Assembly (NCBI GenBank): GCA_020536535.1
Contig: JAHLWZ010000672.1
Location: forward strand, 1 to 64,000
DNA from: Pelomyxa schiedti
Lineage: Eukaryota; Protista; Evosea
Reading direction: 5' to 3'
DNA length: 64,000 nucleotides
Shown here: positions 38,001-51,762 of the stretch, one piece after another
Numbering within the stretch: position 1 is the first letter of the stretch
Layout of the letters: each line of letters opens with the position of its first letter
Translations under genes and position numbers: made by a program
Notes under the pieces: generated by a model
The model's input: the letters and a program-made list of their open reading frames with translations, nothing else
Told to the model about the DNA's origin: nothing
Database searches by the model: none

Positions 38001-41000
38001 CTCCTCAACAAGTAAAACAGATCTGGTTGCACCAGAGGGACCACAGGAACTACCGAAATCCCCCCAAGTTTTAAGACAAGAAGCAGAAGAGAAGACAAAA
38101 AAAGAGATCGAGGAATCAGAGCAAAAAGCTGAGTCCCTTGAGCACCAGCGGCAATCGTTGTTACGAAAAAGTCAGGAAGATATTAGTAGAATACATGAAG
38201 AAGCTAAAATAAAGATACAAGAAGCAGAAGCAGCAGCAGGAATCCTTGAAAAAGAAATTACTGCTGAACAAAAAATACGTGCAGATGCCTTGTGGGAAAA
38301 AATCAAGCACCGAATGCAGGTTGATATTAAAAAACAAGAAGCAGATGAAAGAAAAAAGCGTGCTGCAGAGCGAAGACAAAGCAAACTTGCTGAGGCGACT
38401 CACGGAAGTACCACATCAAGTACAAAGCAGCCTGAAAATCAACTGGTTGATGAAAGAACTCAACGTGAAATTCTTGCAAAAGAACGAGCTCGTGCCTCAA
38501 TGGAGCAAGAAAGCAGAGAAGCGGAGCAACGTGAGAAAGAACTTGCTAACACTCGTGTAAATGTCGTTATCAAACCTTCTCCTGGTTCGCATACCGGGAA
38601 AACTGGTGGATCTATAAATAAAATGGGTATGGAACAAAAATTTGCTGCCATTTTGAAGGTACCACTATCAAAAAAAACTCCTCTCCACCACATTTAAAGT
38701 TGCCAGAAACCTGGTTCATCTCCGAAAGCAACAAGAGTGTCTGAAAAGAGTGCAACAACTTCCGTAGCATCTTCAGTTTCTAATTCCGCAACGCCTTCCT
38801 CTTCTAATTCAGCAAGCATCCTTTCGGGGGTTACTTCTGTTAAGTCTGACTATAAGATCGCTTCATCGACGAAAGCACGAGCTCGAGGGCCATCCAAGAG
38901 GTCGGCTCCTTCACACAATATCGTTCGTGAGGTAAGCTCGTTTTATTTGAAATATTATCAACAGTTCAAAGAGTCATGGTTCTGTGGAATCAACATCGAA
39001 ATCTACGTCAACCCCTTCACAACCAGCCACAAAGCCTGCTGGCAGTGCTCAGTTGCTTGGTGCTTATGGAATACTGTATAGCTTGAAAGCTGCTGATGCT
39101 CTTTTCCAAAAAGTTTTTTTTTTCTCCCTCTTCACTCAGTCTAACTTCGTTACAGCGAAAAGCCAGTGCTGATACTCCAAAAAATCCTGATCAACCAAAT
39201 CTTTTGGTATAAAATACTTTCAAGTTCTCTCTAATGCAATTAGCCAAAAGATCTCCCAAGATTAATTCAAGTTAAAGGACGAAGAAGGCCATTTGCGCGG
39301 CAAGTGGAGCTTACATGGAGAAGCCTTAATAGCGGTGACTGCTTCATTCTAGATAGTGGAAAGCATGCTAAAGTAACTATAAATTTGATAGACATTTCTA
39401 CTTACTCACACAGGTACTGTACCAATGGAACGGGAAAGAATCCAATCGAATAGAAAAAGGCAAAGCAATGGACCTTGCTAAAAATATCAAAGACAAAGAG
39501 CGCTTTGGGGCAACATTGTGTGTAGTTGAAGAAGGGCGAGAACCACCCGAATTTTGGGAGATCCTGGGTGGTTCACCCAATGGACCTCTTACTTCTTCCG
39601 ACAACTCTGGGGATGATATCGAGGCAGAGCAGAATATCTCACAATGCATCATTCTATATAAGTAGTTATATTATTGGTTTTATCATGCCCTTTCAGTACT
39701 TTTCTAATGGTTGCACACAGGATTTGTTTTGTTGAAGGAGATAACATTGAACTGGAGCGAATATCTTCAACTGGTTCTCCCATTACGAAGTCAATGATTC
39801 AACCCACTCAGAACTACATCCTTGACTGTTTATCTGGTAACACATTTGTATATTTTTTCTTTGGTTCACTTGGGGAAAAAAAACCAGAAATCTTTATTTG
39901 GACTAATTTGAAAACACCAACTAAAGTTAAAAAGCAAATACAGGCCTTCGTCGAAGTAACAGCTCACAATTAATAGTCTCCTTTCTCACTATTACAGAAA
40001 ATACATGCTGAAAGAAGTGCAAATATCTGGGTAGCTCCCATTCACAATGAATGGGCTGGCTCTGAGCAAGTGTGTAAGCTGCTATATTAATTTATCCCTA
40101 CTACTTAACAGGTAATGTTCAAAGAACGTTTTTACGACTGGCTTTCTGTTTCCATTCAGGGGGGCACTGTCACTCCAGGAAATATCGCAGGTCCTTTACT
40201 TTGTCATTTAGCTCGACTAAAGTAAAATTCAGCTTCCCGGGCTATTGACAATAAAACTGATGTTATTCAAATGTACCAGCGCAAGACGGAACGAGAACAA
40301 GTTATGATAGATGACGGAACTGGAAAAGTCAAAGTAACTATTCTGGTTTAACAAACGCCTTTTTAAAAATCGTAAGATCTGGAGAATAGAGGAATTCAAA
40401 CAGGTACCAATACCTCCTGACAAACATGGCGAGTTTTATAGTGCTGAGAGCTATGTAATACTTTATTCTTATATTTGGAAAAATAAGGACTGTTTCTTGA
40501 TCTATTTTTGGTACGTCTCAGAATCCACAAAAAACGAGGAAAAACGAAAACTAAAATAATAAATTCCCACAAAAAGGCAAGGAAGAAATAGTTCAGTTGT
40601 ATGTCTCACTTTGTTTTCCACCTTGGATCATTTAAATATAGCTGGGGAAAGGGACATCAGCATATATGGCTGTTGAATTAGATGATAAACTTAAATCAAG
40701 TGGAATGACCAAAGAGGTCCGTGTTGTACAAGGAAAAGAACCAAAACACTTTTTGCTTGTCTTTTCTGGGAAACTCATTGTCCACCAAGTACGAATCAGT
40801 CCTGTAATTTTGGCTCAATTTTTCAGGGAAAAGATCCAGCAGCTAAAGAAGATGATACCCACCCAATTCAACTTCAACGTGGTAACTCCGGGAAGACAAA
40901 AATGGAGAAGTCTTCTACTGGTGCTATTCTTTATCACATTCAGGGTATCACACCTCCATATGTCACTGCCGTCCAAACAGCACCAGTATGGCTGTCATTA

Positions 41001-42087
41001 GTTAGAGAAAACTTACTCACATGTACAGTGTGCTTCTTCACTCAACAGTGGTAGTGCAGCCTTGGTTGTAACAGATGATGTTTGCTTCATCTGGTTTCTT
41101 CTCAATCCTTCTTCCTTTTTGATTTAATATTCCCTACCTCTACCAGGAGAGGCCGATTTTCCAATACTCATGAACAAACCTTTGCTGCTGCCATGGCAAG
41201 AAGAGGTGGACTCACAAGACCGGTTTAAAGACAGTTTACTCTATATTTCTTATTGCACAAGGTAACCACGGAAGTTCTTGAAGGGGAAGAACCTTCTGCC
41301 TTCTGGGTGGCTTTGGATGGAAAATCCCGCTATCCAACTGCAACACACGTAGGGAGAATTGATGCGCGGCTTTTCCAGTGTTCCATTGGATCTGGAAACT
41401 TTACTGTGTGGACTCACATTTTCTTTTGTTTTACTTCTCATTGGGCACAGGTTGACGAAATCCTACAATTTTCCCAGGATGATCTTGTAAGGGATGATGT
41501 GATGATCCTGGATGCCATCAACACTGTTTTCCTCTGGATTGGAAAAGAAAGTCACCACACAGAGCAAAAATTCGCAGGCGAAGTTGCATTGGTTGACAAG
41601 CATTAATGCCTTGTAAATTTAATTCTCTTGTAGGAGTATACCAATGCCACAACTAACCTAGCGAATCGAGCGGAAGGAACGCCCGTTCTCCGGGTTCTGG
41701 ATGGAAAAGAACCTTCTGTATTCACTACGTACTTTCATGGGTTTGTGCTAATTCACTGAGTTACCTCCAACTAACCAACAAAAGTTGGGATGGCCGAGGC
41801 CCCCAAACTTATGACGAAGGGCTTGTATCTGTGGAGTCCATTCTCCAAGAGTACAACAGAACATACACTTACGAGGAATTAGTTGCCAAGAAATTTCCTA
41901 AAGGTCTTGACGAGTCAAAACTGGAGGTAACTAAATGTCCTAACAACACTGAACTTCTCACCCATACCTCCAGCAATACTTGTCAGATGAAGAATTCCGA
42001 CGGTATCTCACAGTGCCACGAGCAGAGTGGTCAAGGGTACCAACTTGGAAAAAGGATAAACTAAAGAAGGAAGCTCGCCTGTTCTAG
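34823..42087 (+). CDS. LRR + gelsolin repeats + coiled coil + villin headpiece protein (flightless/villin-like)
   Basis: MGNDQS start; LRRs (LNLSYN, LYLDNNNL). Gelsolin motifs LNSGDCFILD, EEGREPPEFW, QGKEPKHF, DDVMILD. Headpiece YLSDEEF..PTWKKDKLKKEARLF*. Confidence 0.92.
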
Positions 42088-42127
42088 TGTATAATTGTGA
42101 AAAAAAAAAAACAAACATTTCTGTTCT

Positions 42128-42926
42128 CTAAACGAATTTGTTTACAAATTTCTCTTGTTGCCAACTTTGAATAGTACCAGGACGAGTTCTTCTCACCAAC
42201 TCTATTGCTTGTTTTGCCGGCATTCCCAGCATTCTGATCAACAAGCAACTACACATGAAGGGTGTTGTTAGTTCACATTATAGTGTCTCATACAACAGGA
42301 ACAGCATACGCAACAAAAGTTCCTGTTCTCCCTTTTCCTGCCTGACAGTGCACTGCTACTTTATGTTCCCTGGATTCCTTGAGGTGAGCAATCACCTGCT
42401 CAATGGCTGCTGAAAATTTGGCTGTTGATGTCGCATCAGGTGCACACATATCTGGGAGAGGCATCCAAATCCACGTAATACCTGAGTGTGTCATGTTTGC
42501 TTACAAGTTGTGATACAGTGTCCCAACCGTGTGAGGTGACACATTCCCCTAGTCCTGGGTTCTGCATCCTCTTCATTTCTTCTTCCTCTTGTAGTGTCAC
42601 AATCGCACTCACTGAAAGGCTCTTGAGCCTAGTTATGTCCTGGTCTGATCTGTGAGGGATAAAACAATGACTTTTAGGTGTGGAGCTACTTGGTTGAGGT
42701 CTCTATCTACATTTCCAGCCATAAGACTGTGGGCTTTCCAGCCTGGAGCCTCACACATCCCAATCAAAGGTGCAGCTACCAGATGCAACGGCGGTAGAGC
42801 CACTTTCACCCAATCTACAACTCTACATTTACATTGAGCAGGTAACAAAGAAAGTGAGATCTCATTTCATATTCTAGTGCAGGAGGCACACAGGGGCATA
42901 CTATCCGACGTGACTGTAGCCGACAT
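42128..42926 (-). CDS. Dual-specificity protein phosphatase (CDKN3/Cdc14-like)
   Basis: HCQAGKGRTG P-loop, WMPLPDMCAP, AIELVRRTRPGTIQSWQQEKFV. Confidence 0.9.
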
Positions 42927-43102
42927 TTGGCGGAATAAAATAATCAACAGACCGGAACGCTGTACTTTTCGTTATCGTCGCTCAGGATCGGTGGTCTGGT
43001 GTTTTTTTTAATCAGCCATTTGTTACTCACAACAGAAAATAGTTCCGAGAAGCGGGCAAGATTCCTTCACCCTCCATCCAACAGGCCAAGCACAAGGCCG
43101 CG

Positions 43103-44479
43103 ATGGTGCCGGCGCGGTTAACCAAGCTGTGTGCTTTTGAAAGGGAAGCTCCCGTGCTCGTCAATGGCTTAGATTTCGAAAATTCCAAGGATCGACATCA
43201 GGGATCTGAGTTGGCCCTGTGGTTGAAAGCAAGCGGTATCATCGGCAAAGAGTCCTCTGCATCCATGGAGGGAAACTGCCCAACAACACAAAGAAGAAGG
43301 ATACTGTATGATGAACAATAGTTTTCGCGAAAGGACGAAAAAAAGAGTATTCAAGACATGACGAGCGAAGGTCATACGGGCTGCGAAATGTGCAGCAGGT
43401 GCAGCGTTATGGGAGAGCAGAACGATGAGCTTTTGCGGATGGTGGGGTGGCGCGACGAGCAGATCAAACTAGCTCACATCAAGATAAACCAATTGCTCTC
43501 TCAATTGATCAGTTCCAGTGCTTCTGTAAGTTCATTCTTCGATTTTTTAAAACATTGAAATTATCTATTCTTTTGAGTTCAGTTTTATCTCTTATTTTTT
43601 TTGTTTGGTGTGGCTCCATTCATTCTTTGAGCGTTATTGATTCTTTTACAGGAGTGGAACCATCTCTTTGACCCACATGTGCCTAGTTCACTTTCTGGTT
43701 GTTACTTATAGTCTTAGTTTTTTCGCTCAGAACTTCTGAAATTTGACACTGCCCAGGAATGGAGGAAGTTTGTACTCTCCCATATGTTCCGGAAATTTCT
43801 ACAACGGTGTTGATACGAATTCGAGCACCATGTGAATAAAAGTTCACTGTTTAAAACAGAAAGTGAAGATACAAGAATTCGAAAATGTAAGAGTGAAGGA
43901 CACTGCTGAATTAGCTGAAAGGAATCATGTAACGGAGTCAGGTACTGGAGTTAATAATATACTGTGCACACTTCTCATTACCTGGATCCCTTTCTATTAA
44001 ATTGCAGAGCAGTGCGACTTAGACGAGGAAATCAAGTCCCTCAACTCTCGACTGTTGTGTGAAATAGCATCACTCAAAGAATCTCTCTGTGCAACAGAGA
44101 AAAAATTGACACTTTCTCAAGTACTTCACTGACATATAAATGTTTTTTCTTAACTTTTGGGATCTCCTAGGAGAACGTCACTGCATTGAAAAAACAGCTC
44201 AAGGAGCAGGCCGACAAAAATGAAAGTGAACGCAAAAATCTCCACAAGGAACTTGCCACTATAAAAACCGCATATGAAGATATCTCTGTAAAGTACAAAT
44301 TCTTGCAAAGAGACTTCTTGTGTTCACAGAGCTCCGAACAACCCTCTGAAGAAGAACTGTCTTGTGCAGTACCGGAATTCAAGAGAGAACATCACAACGC
44401 ACTCCCACCAGAATATCCCACCAACACAACCATGGACAACAGAACAAGTCCCGACAGAACAGAGGCAATTCCTTTATAA
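43103..44479 (+). CDS. Hypothetical coiled-coil protein; start uncertain (43103 or 43358)
   Basis: Exon-like heptad-rich ORF pieces (LDEEIKSLNSRL.., LKKQLKEQADKNESERKNLHKEL) with GT..AG introns. Confidence 0.55.
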
Positions 44480-44628
44480 TCCTTATTGCTTCTCACTGCC
44501 CGTAGGATCACAGAACTGTGCCCCCTTCTACTGGCAGTGTTCCTTTCACACCACCCAACAAACGGTGTAGAAAAATACACTCCTTTCAACAAACCCCAAC
44601 AAGTACAGAGAAGACTGAGTAGTATCTT

Positions 44629-47600
44629 CTAGCAATTCCAGCCACCAAAGGCAACTGAAAACCAGACCATAACACCAAAAGCAGAGTGTGATGTAAATAA
44701 CAAAACGGCAAAGAAAAAAGTTACATTTCAAATTCACAGACTCAAAATTCTGGCCACTTGTTGGGCCTGGAAGGTGAACTCGGCTGGCACACTGACCACC
44801 CACTGTGCATTAATAACACGAAGTGCTGCTTTCTTGTTCTCCTCTGTGGGTGGGTGAGAAACAAGCCCTTAGCAAGCGGGGAACAAACCAAAGTAGAGCA
44901 AGTCGTGCAGACAATCGAGGGCTGAGTAGGCGGCGTATTTGTTGCTTGCACACCATGCGGGGATTCTTTGAATAATGGCTTCCTGCACGCCTCTCTCAAG
45001 CAGTGTTGCGGCAGTTGTGGAGCCACCCAGGATAACAAGCGAGTGCATAATTTTCATAATACAGTGGATTACAAGTGGATGAACGGTGTTGCTTGAAATG
45101 AGTGGGGCTAGTTGAACAATCAAGGAGTTGTTCAACAACCACTCCCTGGATTTCTCTAAAGGGAAAATTAAAAATGGTGTTCACTTTGGAAGGAAAAAAA
45201 AAAACCTTCAGCTAGCAGGCAATTAACTGCGTTTAAGGCATGGATAAGAGTTGTGCCCTCTTGACTTAATACAGCTGCAGAGAGGAAAGCAAAGCCATCC
45301 GCGGCATGGAAGGCTTCTCTGCCTTTCTCTAAGGGGATTGTTAGGGAAGAAGCTTGTTAGATGCGGGAGTTTACCTGAAACGCAAAGCTCTGCAATGACG
45401 TGAACGCTGTGTTCCATTATGGGACCAGACGTAACATCTTTCACACCACTCAGAAGGAAGGGCATCCAACCGCCATCAAGGAAGATTTCTCTTCCACGAG
45501 AAATATACACAAGATAGGAAATGATCTAGTAAGTCCACATTTGAGTCTTCATTTAAAAAAAAAGTGTGAACCACTCACCTCTATGAGTATAGCAGGGGGA
45601 AGAGATGCACCAGAGGAAAGAGACTTCAGCTCTGCTAAAAGAGGATCCATAAACTCGTGCACAGCCAATGCATCTCTATTTTTTGGCATTTTGCACAAAA
45701 TGCAAAGCATTTCCAGAATCTAGGAACTCATTACAAATTAACTTGACCTTAACTTAATCGTACTCTTTCTCGGTCTTCAACATATTCTGTTGTCCGAGAA
45801 AAGACAACCACGAGAGGGTCGAGAGCATTTGATCGCTCAACGGCAGATGGGAACTGTGGTTCCTTAGCTACTAAGTGAAGTATTTCAACGGCTCTATGTA
45901 TCATGGCGTCATCGTTTTGTTGAATCAATTTGACTATTGGCGCTGCAAAAACAATTAAAATCATGTAATGCTAAAGTGCATGTTTTACCAAAGAAGTCAT
46001 CTGAAAGAACAGTGTTTTTAATTGCGGGATTGGAAGCAATTATTCCAACAGCAAAGACAGATATCCCACGTACACTTCAGAAGGGTCAGTATCAGGAAGA
46101 GTGATTTGAAGACAGAAGGCACCTTGGGTCAGTGGATGATAGAAGCAACGCAAGTGCCAAGCTTCCACCATTAGCTAGCACTGCAGTTGCAAACTCCGTA
46201 TTTTGTAGCATGTTGGTTAGTGTCTTCAACGCTCCCTTGTATCGCAGTAAATATCTTGAAAGGGAGGGTACCAAAGCATACAAGACGAATTTCAACATTG
46301 GGAGAAGAAAGTTCCCCAACCAGTTTGGGTAGACCACCAGCTTCAACAACGGTCCTGGAAGAAGTTTAATGGAAAAGAGGAAAAAATAAAATAAATACTT
46401 ATGGCAAACAGTTGCACGCGTAAGCTGAGCGAGGGCTGTTACAGCACTGAGTGATTTGGTGGCAAACTTCGGTCCAATCATAGATACCAGGGGATTTACT
46501 TTCGGGTATTACTAAAAACCAGAGAAGAACATGCAATACCTCCTCCGAAATCAATTATTTGACCCCATGTGGATTCTGAGGCACTAAAGTGCGCAACAGC
46601 ACTGACCGCACTTTCTTGTATGGACTCGTTTGGAGAGGCAAGCAAATTAACAATGAGGGGTATTGCGTTTGCCGCGATAAGTCTTTCCCTAGTGTGAAAT
46701 GAGAAGGTGTCTTAAATAAGACAAAGCATTACATCTCTTCCGGGTTTTCAGACAGTTTTGACAACATTTCGATGGCTTTCTTTTGGGCTTCCAAGTTACT
46801 GGAAACGAAATTTAGATGATTCTATTGCACAACCAAAGCGTCTGACATACGATGATGACAAAAAAGACAGAAGCCCCTTGACACCTACAGCTGCTGACAT
46901 GAGAGGCCAGTTGGATTCATTGGACAAAACAGTCGCCAGTTTAAGAGCGTTCTCCCTGAATGAAATAATTAAAATAAAGGTAGTCATGGCGCTGACAATA
47001 AATTATTTACCGTAGGCGTTGATCTGTAGAGCTAATGAGTTCTGTGAGTTGGTTGAAGCCATTGGCTTTTCCAAAGTCATCAGCCACTGCTGGATGGGCC
47101 GCCAGTGATGTAAGAAGATACAGTGCTTGTTGGACGACTTGTGGATTCGACGAATGAAGTAACCTTTAAGGAGTTTTTTAGTTCCAATTGATTTTCAATT
47201 CATTTTCTTTGTCTACAAACCCTATAGCAAAGCCAAGGCCGCCTTCTGAATATATTGCATTGCGACACCCTTCATCAGCACACAGATTACCCAAAGCAAA
47301 TGCCGAAATAGCTCTAACTTCGTCCTTCTCTGCTTTAAGAGTTGTTGTAGCTTCGACGGTTTCCGGGGTCTCAGGTTGTTCACCTTTGTCAGTCTCACTG
47401 GCATCACCACCAAGAAGACCAACGAGTGTGAGAACTGCTCCAAGCTTTAAGACTTCTCCACAATCTTGAGTACCAGCAAAGGCAAAATTTGCAATAGCAG
47501 TAGCAGCATGTTTCTTGGGAAAGGTTGGTTTTTAACAAAAGAGAGTAATGTTTCATCATGCCTGCAGTTTCAGGTCGTTAGTAAAAAGAAGCTCTACAAA

Positions 47601-50600
47601 AGCAGCTATTCCATGTGCCGCCCGTAGGTAGGCTCTGTCGTTGTCATCAACTGTGAACAATGATAGAGCTTTGGCAACTCGTTCCTAGATGTTGGTTACG
47701 AAAAATCAACAAGAATGCTGAAGTGGTTGGAACCTTGATGTTTGCGTCAGGTACTGACAACAGGCCAATTAGAGGTTGCAGATTGCCCGTTTTTATTATT
47801 ACGGTTCTCACTGCTAACGATTGCACTAAATGAGACCTGCAAAGGGTAAGGCGGGAAAAAGGCATGACTTGTCACTTACAAAGCAGCAGAACAACGGAAT
47901 GTGACTGCTGGATTCTTGGAGTTGAGCATTGTAAAGATCATAGTGATAAGACCAGACTTCGAAACCATATCGCGAACTCGCTCATCAACACTCATTACTT
48001 CCAAAACCCTTTAGGTTTGTGAGATGGGGAAAAATATATTCTCTGTTTCTACCTTAGGAGTTGGACCTGGAGATCTTCAACTTGTGTAGTCAAGCTACTT
48101 GCAAGCATGTTGACTAGGTTTAGTTCTATTGCTTTGTCTAGGCACTGTCGTTCTACCAGAACATTTGAGAGAACACCACAAAGGTAAATTCTAGTATTTG
48201 TCAGAAAATAGAAAATTGGAGGAGAATAAACTTTAGTTCGGTGTTCATTGAGGACATAAGTTGAACGACAATCTTTAGTCCTATTTCTTCCTGTGCGAAT
48301 GCTTTCCTTAATGTGACATGGGCTGTGACACACCACAACGCTTGAATAGCTTCCAACTGAGAGTGTTATGAGGGGGATAAGGGGGAAGTAGTGCGAACTT
48401 GATAAGCGGGATCAGGTGAGTTTGCAATGCTCAAAAGAATCTCAAGGAAGTGGTTACTGGTAACAATTTCGGCATTCTTTTCTGTATAACATAAGAAAAG
48501 AAAAGTGAGGGGTGAAAGGGAAGACCATTATTCTGTGTTGACATGGCAAGAAGTCTAATGGCAGTGAGCTTAACAGCGGTTTGACCTCGCGCAATGTTGA
48601 ACAAAAGAGGAAATGCATTCACGTCACGCAAGGTGTCCCCAAAGATTTCTTGCCTTCACGTTAAAAAAAAATAAAAAGAAGTAGTCTTCACCTGAGTGAG
48701 ACTGATGCACAGAAACTAGAAGTTCCAAGCTATAATGTTGTGTGGAAGGATCTCTGCTGGAAAGAAGACCAACCAAAATCCCCATATGATCTAGAACAAG
48801 TGCTTGGTTCACGTTCTGTTGAGTTGCTGGGACCGGTTAGGCTTGCACAAAGAGCAAACATTCACACCATCGGCACGGGAAAGGTTCAATATAACGGAAA
48901 GACACAGGTGTTGTACGTTTCCCGTGGCATGTGCAATTATAGGAAAGAGTGCGGGCATAGTTTCCATAAGTGAATGCAGGCACTGATCTGCACCAAGGAA
49001 ACAATATGAATGTGGAAATGGAAGAATTGTGACTCACCATACTGAGAAAGATGAACAAGAATGAGCAACGCATTGCACAAATTATTGTCAATGAGTTTGG
49101 GCATTTGCTCAGATAATATTTTGATTCCACCAGCTTGATCGAATGCCACTTTGCAGCGATCTATTTTCCTGTCAGAAAAAAGATAAACTAGCCTGTTTTA
49201 GGAAACACCATTCCGTCTGACATAGTTTTTCAACACAGAAAGCGAATAGGACACAGTCATGGGGAATTTGGCACCCAGGAAAGGAACAATTGTGAACACA
49301 AGAATAGACTCCAAGTCTTCAGGGACAGCAGCTTTACCTTTCCCATCAACTGTATCAATGGAAGTTAAAGGAAAGATGAAATCAATCTTCGAAATACCTT
49401 CCGAAATCTTCTCTAAAATTTGAAGAGCAAGCTGTACTGTTTGCTCGTCACTAATTTCAAGCATCTTGGAGCACGCTTTTGTACACTCGACAGCATTGAT
49501 GGAGGCCACTCCCTTTTCGATCTCGGCCACACGTAGGACAAGTGTTCCAAGGCTCGTGAGGTAGTCAAGATTTTCGGCAGTTACTGCTGCATTTATGGCA
49601 TCAAATAGAGCATTGGTAAATGTTGGTTCACAGAGGCTAGCCATAACAGGAGAGTCTTGGAGTTGGGTAACTCGAGGTTTTTAAGTTTTTTGGAAAGACC
49701 TTTCTTTGCAAAGGACAGGAGAATTTTAACCACTGTGGTCCCTTGCGGCGAATTCAGCATTGTTTTAAGGTGATTGAGGAGGCCTATTCCGACGATATCC
49801 TCTGCTGGTACCAGACCTTAAGTGGCACCAGAAATTGTCAATGTCGGGCATTATCGTTGTTGGGGTACCATTGACTTGAATGAGTTCCGCAATTTCTTGT
49901 ATTGCCTGTGGTCTGGTGTCTTTTTCTTCTGCAAGGTAAGGAACAAGCCGGGAAACACAGCGAGGGTCATTTTCTAGGAACTTTCATTAAAATGGAGATA
50001 AAGAATACTGAAGACAACTGGTCAAGTGAGTACTGCATGAATCACACACACGAGATGGTTGGGCACTAAGTGATCCTATCCGAGCCTTTTTGGAACAACA
50101 CCCATCACAAAAGGCTCTGGTGCAGCAGCTGCATGGATACTGGTAATAAAGTGTTAAAAAATGGAGCTCAACTTGGGAAAATCATACCTTTCTTTTCCAG
50201 ATACCAAATGCGGCTTTACATTTCACACAAGTAGGTTGGTCTGTGACGGTCCATGTTGGTTTTGAAGAGCTTAACGTCGGAGGACCCACAGGGAACTGGG
50301 GCTACAGTAGACTAAATTGTGGAAATATAAAACTCACGGTTACCTGAATTACATTCTCGGATGCTGTGGTGGCTATTTGCAGTTAGTCCAAAAAGAACCC
50401 AAAGAGAAATGGAAACTTACAATAGAAAGGAAATGTAGCTACTGTAGAAGTTGAAGGATTTGTTGAGGGTGTGGAAGGGAGAAAATTGGTACTGGTATTA
50501 AAAGTAGTAGTTGAGGTAGGAATGCCACTGGAGAAAGGCATATTTAGAAGTAAGTTCCCACCTACTTGGGAGGATACGAGTGGGGTCTGTAAATAATGAA

Positions 50601-51317
50601 CTTCATGTCACTGTAAAAAGGAAAATAACCTTGGTTCCCAAGGGAGTAGCAGAAGGAGTAGGAGTAGAAAATGGTGATGGCACTGGTGTGCCAGGGGCCA
50701 CCCAGGAAGCTGAAAGAGGCTGCTACATTCGAAGTCAAACAGGGTAAAAGGACAACAAAGAAACATACCGATGGAAAGGAAGTTGGACCACCAAATAGAG
50801 ACTGGGAAATACCCGTTGACTAAAACGGTTACTGGTAATTAGAAGAAATACGTCGTACATGACTTGGGGTCTGTGGAGGTCGCACCGAAGCAGACACAGG
50901 AGGTGTCCATGAAGTTATCTTGTTATTGTGATCAATATAGAAAACTCTTCCACTCGATGGGTCAAAGCCTTCCTCCCAACCAGGTGGTAGAGCTACAATA
51001 CGTATTAATGAGATAGTGTTAAAACTAGCTAAAAAAAAAGCACTACAACAACAAACCTGTTTTAGAGGCTGGCTGAGACTGTGACACTGGTTGGGATGCC
51101 GGTGGTGTAGGAGTCACCGGTTGTGGGGGTGGTGTGGGAATAGTCCAAGATGTCTCATTTGTGATAGTGTTGTAATAATACGGTCTCCCAGATGTCGGAT
51201 CGCGGGCCTCGCTCCAACTGGCTATGGAGGGAAAAAAAAAAAAAAAAACAAACAGTGGGTTCGCCGTCTCGGTGGTTGGTATATGAAGATCTTACGTGGC
51301 AGCGGTACCGCTGACAT
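44629..51317 (-). CDS. Large protein: two WW domains, degenerate FYVE finger, long ARM-repeat array; 3' end approximate
   Basis: MSAVPLP|PSWSEARDPTSGRPYYYNTITNETSWT, LPPGWEEGFDPSSGRVFYIDHNNKITSW, CVKCKAAFGIWKRKYPCSCC..FCDGC..RVCDSC. ARM-like GAVLTLVGLL, AIPLIVNLL, GNLQPLIGLL. Confidence 0.85.
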
Positions 51318-51762
51318 GCCTCTTGATGGTCGAGTTTTTTTTTTTGTTTCTTTTTTCTTTTCTTTCGTGGTTTTTCTTTCGTTCTTTTAATCCCTCTTCA
51401 GGGGTGAGCCGTCGGATGAGAATGATGGCAAAAAACCAAAACGAACGGTCCCTGATAGCTTTTCTTTTCGTCAATGGGCAACAACTGGAGTCATGTGAGA
51501 GTCCCCAGATCAACATCTGGTGCCTGCCCCAATTCTCATCAGACCAATTCCGTCGCTGTTTAGAAATAGAACCTTTCACCAGATAACATCGAGGCAGTCA
51601 CGTTCTCTCAGAAAACATGAGTATCTCCCTCACTCACATTCAATCAATGGAGCATTTTTCGAGTTGCACAGCGAGTGAGGGTCTGATCAAAACAGCCGAG
51701 TCAGTGGAGAGACGAAAAACAGAGGCGAAAAAAAACAAAGTGGAACAACAAACAAAAGTTTG

